Origin: Octopus vulgaris
Lineage: Eukaryota
Direction: 5' to 3'
Assembly (NCBI GenBank): GCA_951406725.2
Contig: OX597828.1
Coordinates: 16,678,001-16,742,000 of the forward strand
Length of the DNA: 64,000 nt
Shown one piece after another: positions 56,079 through 64,000 of this stretch. The position numbers and the translations under genes were made by a program. Below the pieces are notes generated by a model that was not told the DNA's origin, did not search any database, and was given only the letters and a program-made list of their open reading frames with translations. The first letter of the stretch is position 1. Each line of letters opens with the position of its first letter.

Positions 56079-58329
56079 TCTCGCTCCACTACCGCACATA
56101 TCTATATGAGATATTTAGAAATTTAATATTTCTGAAGGAAATTTCGTTTACAATTAAATTTCAACTCACTATGGAAAACAGTGTGACTTAATACCCTGAG
56201 AAAAACACATTCAGTGCCAGCTAGCAAAAAGCAAGGATTTATATAGATACTAGACCATACATATTTGTTTGTGCGATGGAACTTTATTTATAAAAACAAA
56301 TTAGTACCTGTGTGTTAGTTGTGCTTATTTAATGTATGAAAGAATGAAGAGTGTCGAAGGCAATTTCTGTAAGAATTAAACACAGCACTAAAGAGGAAAT
56401 AAACCGATAAAAGAATACAAGGGATGTATCACCCACGCTATCAATCTTTTCATGGAATTATATAAATTTATAAAGTAAAGCCTCTGCATATTATAATATG
56501 TACAGGGATTCTGGTAGAATCGATAGCAAACCGGGCAAAATGCTTAGCGGCAATTCGTCCGTCGTTACGTTCTGAGTTCAAATCCTGCCGAAGTCGACTT
56601 TACCGTTCATCCTTTCGGGATCGATAAAATAAGTACCAGTTTAGTATCGGGGTCTATATCATCAAATTATCCCCTCCTTCAAAATTGCTGGTGTTGTGCC
56701 CAATTTTGAAACCAATAAGCACCGTGACATTACTAATTATTTTAGGTGCGTAAGTTGTTGCAAGAAGACATATTATATTGGTAGTCTCAGTCTTGAACCC
56801 AGTTGAACATCCAAGACAAAGAGGGCTGGAGAGAGAAAGAGAAAGAGAGAGAGGGGAGAGAAAGGGGATTAGAACCAGCTGCCAGTTGATACCCATAAAG
56901 GTCTGAGTACGGTGGTGCAACTTGAATATTGCGTTTCGGATGGACAAAACGCTTCATAGAACAAATGAAATGCATTGTCCAAGGAAAGAGCGAACTGCCC
57001 GGTCACGAATTTTCTTTCCCGCGAGAGTTCCGGACTTCAGTAAAGAACTCATTTGCATACAGCCAATCAGAGCTCACCTTGAAAATCCACATACTGTGTA
57101 CTACTACAGTACAGCTAGTCAGGCATAGAATAGTGTATGCTACTCTGTGAGTACAGTATAGCAGGTTTCACATAAGCACCACATCCACCCCCCAACCATC
57201 TTCATAGATCACTTGAGCACCATCTCTATATGGAGCTAACATTAGATACCTATGCTCAAACTAAGATTAGTGATACTGCATGGGCCCATTGATATATGCA
57301 AAGAGGGTGCAATACGACACAACACCATACTGATTACGATGTTTCCAGATCAACACCAACATTTTAAATTAGGAATGTACAAAATCAGTGAAAAAATTCG
57401 GAAACTACACTCATTGATATTTTCTAATTGATTACGCAAATTGGCAACACTTATGGCATCATCGGTGAGCAGCGCTCCATTCACGTTAAACACAGAATTT
57501 CAAATTTTGCTATAACGTACATTTTCCACTGAGCTCAACCAGATTATTTTCGTGACTAGATGGACACTAGTTTGATAGTTGAGCTCTCTCTGATTGGCTG
57601 TATGCACTTGAGTTCATAACTGGGGTCAGGAATTCTCGTGGGGAAATATTTCTCTGTCCAGTCAAGGAACCGAACGCAAGAGCTTAGGATCATGAAGCGA
57701 ATTCTGTAACTATATGCCCACGCACCAATACAAATCTGTAAATTAAAATAAATAAAAAGTGGATACAGATTCTTGGCAACATTTTTTGTCAGGGATTCGC
57801 CACTGGTAATCCACAAAAAGAAACAAAAAACAAATAAAAGAACACAAGAAAACCAAATATACAAACAAAAAAAGCAAAATACAAAACACAAAATGGAAGC
57901 ACAATTATGACTGGCAACCGCGTTTTTTTTTTTATTAATGAATTTCATGCGTAGATAGTATTTCAAAGATCGCTGACCTTTTCCATTCATTTTAATACAG
58001 CTGACCTTTTCTGTTATCCTAATATTTCACACGTCTGGTCTTTGTTGTTGATTCATGACTTACGCGAACTTATTTACAAATAAGTAGTGAATAAATTTAC
58101 ATAAAAAAATAATAATATTCACAACAGGAATGGCAAATATTTATCTAGTCCTTTAGTCTATGTATTGCCATTGAGACAAGTGTTCAATAAATTCTGATCG
58201 ATATGACAAGTGATTGCCTTGTGTCTGTGTGTGTATTTGTGTATGTGTGTGTATGCATGCGTGTGTGTTGTGTTGTGCTATGTTGTGTGTGTGTGTAACT
58301 GTGTGTATATGTGGTTAGTGCTGTTGCTA

Positions 58330-58524
58330 ATACAGTTCTATATTTAAGAGATGAGGAATTATGTACATTACTTGCATTATTTACATTTGACGAATATTTC
58401 TCCTTATCTTGTTTATTGATAACACAACGTTTCTGCTGATATACTCTCTAACCTTCGTCAGGTGTCTTGGGGAAATTTCGATCCTGGGTTCTCATTCCTA
58501 CGGTATTTTTCGAAGTTATTATTA
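58330..58524 (-). mobile_element. SINE family D 3' part with hammerhead motif (58421-58466, CUGACGA core)
   Basis: Homologous to 6306-6490; stem II is degenerate. Confidence 0.7.
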
Positions 58525-58804
58525 TGTGTGGTAGAAGATACTCGCCAAAGATGCCGTGCAGTAGGACTGAACCTGAAACCACGTGGTTCCAAAGCGAGCT
58601 TCTTAACCACATAGCCACCTACATGGCTAATATCGTTAAAGAAAACAAGACATCCATTTTGTTATAAGCACAAGGCCTCAAATTTTTGGGGAGGGGTGAT
58701 TCGATTAGATCGACTCAAGTGCGCAACAGGTTCTTAATTTATCGACCACGAAAGGATGAAAGGCAAAGAATTTGAACTCAGGACGTAAAGACAAGCGAAA
58801 TACC

Positions 58805-58881
58805 GCATATGGCGTAGTGGTTAAGAGCACGGGCTACTAACCCCAAGATTCCGAGTTCGATTCAAGGCAGTGACCTGAATG

Positions 58882-58919
<38 letters not shown>

Positions 58920-59064
58920 GTCGAAAAATACGTTAGGAATGAGAACCTAGGTTCGAAATTTCCCCGAGACACCTGATGATGGTTGGAGGGTATATCACCA
59001 GAAACGTTGTGTTAGCAACAAACAAGATGCGGACAAATATCGTCAAATGTAAATAATGTAAATA
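58805..59064 (+). mobile_element. SINE family D copy
   Basis: A box TGGCGTAGTGG (58810-58820), B box GAGTTCGATTC (58853-58863), (AAT)n, then the HHR tail. Confidence 0.8.
58968..59013 (+). ncRNA. Hammerhead motif in SINE D
   Basis: GACAC-CUGAUGA-UGGU...ACCA-GAAA-CGUU-GUGUU. Confidence 0.7.
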
Positions 59065-60264
59065 AAGTGCTGGTGATAATGGGGTATAAAACGAGATTAT
59101 AACATTCAAATATTTTTGTTTTTCTCAAAAACGGCGATGGGGCAGAATCGTTAGCACGCCGGACGACTTTGCCTTTCATCCATTCGGGGTCGATTAAGTA
59201 AGTACCAGTTACGCACAGGGGTCGATATAATTGTCTTAATCCGTTTGTCTGTCCTTGTTTGTCGTCTCTGTGTTTAGCCCCTTGTGGGTAGTAAAAAATA
59301 TGTTTTTCGTCTGCCGCTACGTTCTGAGTTCAAATTCCGCCGAGGTCGACTTTCCCTTTCATCCTTTCGGGGTCGATAAATTAAGAATCGGTCGCGCACT
59401 GGAGATGATTTAATCGTCTGGCCCCCTTCCCTCAAAATTTCACGCCTTGTGCCTATAATACAAATAATGTTGTTTTTTTTTTGTTTTTTTCTAACGACAT
59501 TAGACATGTAGGTGGCTATATGGTTAAGAAGCTCGCTTTGGAACCATGTGGTTTCAGGTTCAATACCACTGCGTGGTATCTTTGGTGAGTATCTTCTACT
59601 ACAACCTCAGGCCAGTCAAAATTTTGTGGATAGTTTTTGATTAATGGAAAGTGTGTGGAATCTCATTGTATATACACGCACATAATAATACATACATACG
59701 CACACACATATGTATTTATGAATATATATATGTATGTGTGCGTGTGTGTGTATATGTGTATGTGTGTATATGTGTGTGTTTCTATATGCATATGTGTGTA
59801 TATCTTTGTCTTAGTCTTTGTCCCCCACCCTTCACTTAACAGCCGGTGTTGGTTTATTTACGTCTCCGTAAAACAACTGTTCGGCGAATATGTCTGATAG
59901 AATAACTAACGGATTGAAAACAAAATTATTACCGAGGTCAATCTGTTCACCCTAAACACTTCTAGACGATTATCCCTGAATGGCTGCAGCCCAATGACTA
60001 AAACAAGTAGAAAAGAAATAACTTTGATTCGACCCCGTAACATCCAACAAATGTAGTAGTTAGCGATATAAGGGTTTCAAATAACTCCCTATTACTGCTG
60101 TAGGTGCTTAGCTCCATATAGTTTTGCGTAGGTAGTCAAATGGCGTTTGTTAAACACTTAAAAGTCTGAAAATTGTGTTGGACAAACAGAATAACTTATG
60201 CCGTTATATAAGAGGAAAAGAGAAATTGTGATGTTTATGGTTTTCACGAAGGTACTGAGTGTTA

Positions 60265-60646
60265 TGGAGGCGCAGTGGCCCAGTGGTTAGGGCCGTGGAC
60301 TCGCGGTCATAGAATCGCGGTTTCGATTCCCAGACCGGGCATTGTGAGTGTTTGTTGAGCGAAAACACCTAAAGCTTCACAAGGCTCCTGCAGGGGGTGG
60401 TGGTGAACCCTGCTGTACTCTTTCACCACAACTTTCTCTCACTCTTTCTTCCTGTTTCTGTTGTACCTGTATTTCAAAGGGCCAGCCTTGTCACACTCTT
60501 TGTCACGCTGAATCTCCTCGAGAACTACGTTAAGGGTACACGTGTCTGTGGAATGCTCAGCCACTTGCACGTTAATTCCACGAGCAAGCTGTTCCATTGA
60601 TCGTATCAGCTGGGACCCTCATCGTCGTAACCGACGGAGTGCTCCT
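60265..60646 (+). mobile_element. SINE family C with a 13-bp TSD
   Basis: A box TGGCCCAGTGG and B box GTTTCGATTCC; TSD TACTGAGTGTTAT at 60253-60265 and 60654-60666. Confidence 0.88.
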
Positions 60647-62757
60647 GTATATATACTGAGTGTTATTTAATGACACGTAATGGCTTTAACTGGGGATTGA
60701 AAACTGAGTTGTGGTTTTGCTTTTTAAAATACAATTTTTGTCAGATTTAGTGAACCATAGCGTCGGTAGTTACAAATTTCTAATGAGGTCATTCCTTGAT
60801 TTATTGTGCTTATAACTACAACGGTGCCTCTGTACAACACGTTGCCGAATAAATACGACATACGGTACTGTTTATCCATTTTCTTGCGGATGTTTACATT
60901 TTTTGCCGATAAATGTTGTTGGCGTCTTTCGTCGTTTCAATGAATGATGGTCCAGGAACACACAGCTGGAAAATGTTTGCAGAAGTTTGGGAATCGAGCA
61001 TCACCTTATGACCGCCTGTATGCCGGATCAACGCTGAAGGCTTCTCGCGGCATTCTCTACCTGTTCCTGACGCCGCGTTCCCTATCGCTAATGGACTTAC
61101 GAGGAAAGTACGATTGTGTCGGTGCTGGTGTCTTAGTTTGAAGAACAACTTGAACGATGGATAATTATTCTGGGATAAGGTTTTACAGAACTCCTCTCTC
61201 TCTCTCGCTCACTCTCTCTCTCTCGCTCACTCTCTCTCTCTCGCTCACTCTCTCTCGTCCTTCAAATTTGAATTGGTCTGATGCAACATTACCACAATCC
61301 CGATCATTATCAGGAGGTGTTATTTGTATGAAGTTACCTTCTTTTAGCCTAGTGATTATAACAGCGAACTCGCGGTCGAGGGATTGCGAGTTCGAATCTC
61401 AGACTGGGCGATGTATGTGTTTATGAGCGAAATACCTATGCTCCATGCAGGTCCGGCAGAAGGTAATGGCAAACTTTTGCTGACTATTTCGCCACAGTTT
61501 TCTGTCACTCTTTTCCTCCTGCATCTTGCAGCTCTATACGCCAAGAAACCGAGAAACCGGCCCTTGTGAGCCAGGCATGGTTCGAGAAAGAACAAATAAA
61601 CCTTCTTTTAGTGAAGGCAAGTGGCTTAGTGGTTAAAATACTCGGCTCACAACCGTAAGGCCGTGAGTTCGATTCTTGGGCGATGTGTTGTATCCTTGAA
61701 CAAGACACTTTATTTCTCATTCCTTCAGTAAAGTCAGATGGCAAAAATGAGATGCATCTGTAATTCAAAGCGCCATCCGTGTTACATTCTGTGTCACGCT
61801 GAATTTCTCTGAGAACTATGTTAAGGGTACGCGTGTGTAAAGAGTGCTCAACCGCTTGCTCATTAATTTCAGAAGTAATCTGTTAGGTTGCTGGAATCAA
61901 GTGGAACACCCGCAGTCGTAACTAACAGGGATCCAGACCACCTACTTTTGGATGAGAAGCTGAAGAGGTGGAGTTTCTCATCTACCTGGTGTCTGTTGTG
62001 ATGTCCGCGAGTGACCTTCTTCAGAAGGCATTTCCGTGACATATTAATTAACCAATCCCTGGGACACTGGGAGGTGAAACAACTCCGAGTCAGAGTAGAT
62101 CTAAGAAAAGTATTGGGGAAGAGTTGGTTTAAATTCATATCAAGAACAATAAAAAAACAGGAAAGATATTCGCCACTCCAAATACAATATATCAGTTAAC
62201 ATAGTAATTAGGGCTGTCAGGGGCTCTTTTTAGCCCGAAGTTTTCTTGGTGTCCATGGCGCATAACCGACTAACCTCTTTGTCACTGGGTTAGTCACAGT
62301 TGGTGCTGGTATTCATTTTAGCTGAGTGAAGTGGAATAACACGAAATAAAAGATTCAGCTTAGGCACCGAAGGCGCCGTTTAGCCTCGGAATCGAAACCA
62401 CAATCTTTCAATCATGAGTTCAACACCCTAAAAACTAGTCCACGCACTTTGCTACTGTATTAATTAGAACACATTAAAATCTCTAAAATGTTATTCTGCT
62501 TGTCTTTTAGCTCGTAGGAGTCAGCGTGCTGCACATTCGAGAACCTTAACTATGGAACAAAATCGGTGACATAATCTTGCTAGTTGTTATAAATCACTTT
62601 ATAAGCGTTGATACCAGTAACCTCATGGGGTCCATGTAATAAGCTAGAAAATATCACTAGTCATTATCATGACGATAATGAAAATAATTTATTTACGACG
62701 ATGATAAAAGAAATCAACATAGCTACGTGATATAATACCCTATATCAATTCAAATCG

Positions 62758-63080
62758 TGGAGGCGCAATGGTCTAGTGGCTAGGGCAGCGAACTCGCAGT
62801 CGGGGGATCGCGGTTTCGATTCCCAGACCTGGCGTTGTGTGTGTTTATTAAGCGAAAATATCTAAAGCTCCACGAGGCTAGGTAGGGGTGGTGGCGACCC
62901 CTGTTGTACTCTTTCGCCCCAACTTTCTCTCACTCTTTCTTCCTGTTTCTTGAGTAACGCTGCGATGGACTGCGATGGACTGGCGTCCCGTCCAGCTGGG
63001 GGGGGGGGGCGCACATAAGCCAAAGAAACCGGGAAATCGGGCCCATGAGACTGGCTAGGTTTGAAAAGGGCGCATAAATA
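62758..63080 (+). mobile_element. SINE family C variant with an alternative 3' tail
   Basis: Same head and body as 60265 until CTTCCTGTTTCT, then a different tail partly shared with 61363-61600. Confidence 0.75.
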
Positions 63081-64000
63081 AAAATAATAGTTCAAACATT
63101 TTATGTTATCAGTTGCCTTACGGGTGCTAGGGTAGATGGCTGACAGTATTCGTTCAAGACCTTTATGTTCTGAGTTCAAATCTTGCCGAGATTAACTTTG
63201 CGTTTTATCCCTCTGTACTCGAGAAAGTGAAGTTCCTGTCAAGTCTTGTGGTCGATTTATTTATCTCACCCATTTATTGAAATTTCTCGGTATGAGCCGA
63301 ATACCATTAACGATTAGTAAGCTTTAGATCTGTTCGTACAGATATTATCATGAATAGGCAGGAAGAACTATACAACTGAAATACAAACCTTCAACAACTA
63401 AACTGTGGCGTTGTGGGGATATCGTATGAAATTGGATTAAAAGTCAGTCGGACGGACTGTGCCTCTACTTGGGTGGTAGACTTGACTCTTGACCCAGTTT
63501 AACACCCCCTCATCTGGCACCTTTGAATATACTATAGTATTTTAAAAACAAGTTAAAATCTAATTGCTTTTAGTTGTTATCTCGAATGTAAATTATTTGA
63601 TAAACTTATCTATATCTGTCAGTCGTGATGAGGTGTAGAATACAGCTGTTTATGTGAAATTTGGTTGCTGTCGGGTTACAGGAAACGGGATAAAGCGTGA
63701 TTATATTTAGAATGTATTTTTCTCTTATTCTTTTTTATGTCTTAGCCAGTGGGAGGAGATATACCATTGCTTATAAACTTTTCCAGGTGGAGGAGGGCAG
63801 CCGGTTATTATCAGACAGGGGTCTTAATGCGAATACACTCAAAATATTAAACGTCAGTTTTGTAGTAAAGAATGGCATCATGTTGGTAGTGTTAAAGCCA
63901 GGCAACTAGACAAGTATAATACGTACAGACAGATGAAGTTAATCTGACAGGTTTCTATACAATTTTGGTGGATACGACATGTTTTGGAGCGGCGAATTTG

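Noticed and set aside
58805-58876. tRNA genes (also at 60265 and 62758)
   Set aside because: A/B boxes are present, but there is no proper acceptor stem and they continue into SINE bodies, so they are SINE heads.

Overview
AT-rich, microsatellite-dense eukaryotic DNA with no recognisable host protein-coding gene. The tRNA-derived SINE families resemble those I know from octopus/cephalopod genomes; this is inference and was not checked. Two protein-coding relics are supported: a 5'-truncated L1/Tx1-clade LINE (15551-18250, +) and a full-length but dead mariner transposon (9668-10945, -). The window also holds a probable non-autonomous Helitron (35294-36904), many copies of four SINE families (my labels A-D) and a 43 x 33-bp hairpin-forming minisatellite with higher-order structure (46040-47452). 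The main unexpected signal is about 12 minimal type-I hammerhead-ribozyme (HHR) motifs of the Penelope/retrozyme kind. These include a tRNA-headed SINE carrying an HHR, a 360-bp tandem unit with a U3-A8 compensatory core, and fold-back elements with variant cores inserted in (TA)n tracts. SINE family A shares a 3' stem-loop tail with the Tx1-like LINE, suggesting a SINE-LINE pair. Almost all ORFs in the six-frame track are microsatellite or SINE artefacts. All alignments and folds were done by eye, so repeat boundaries are approximate.
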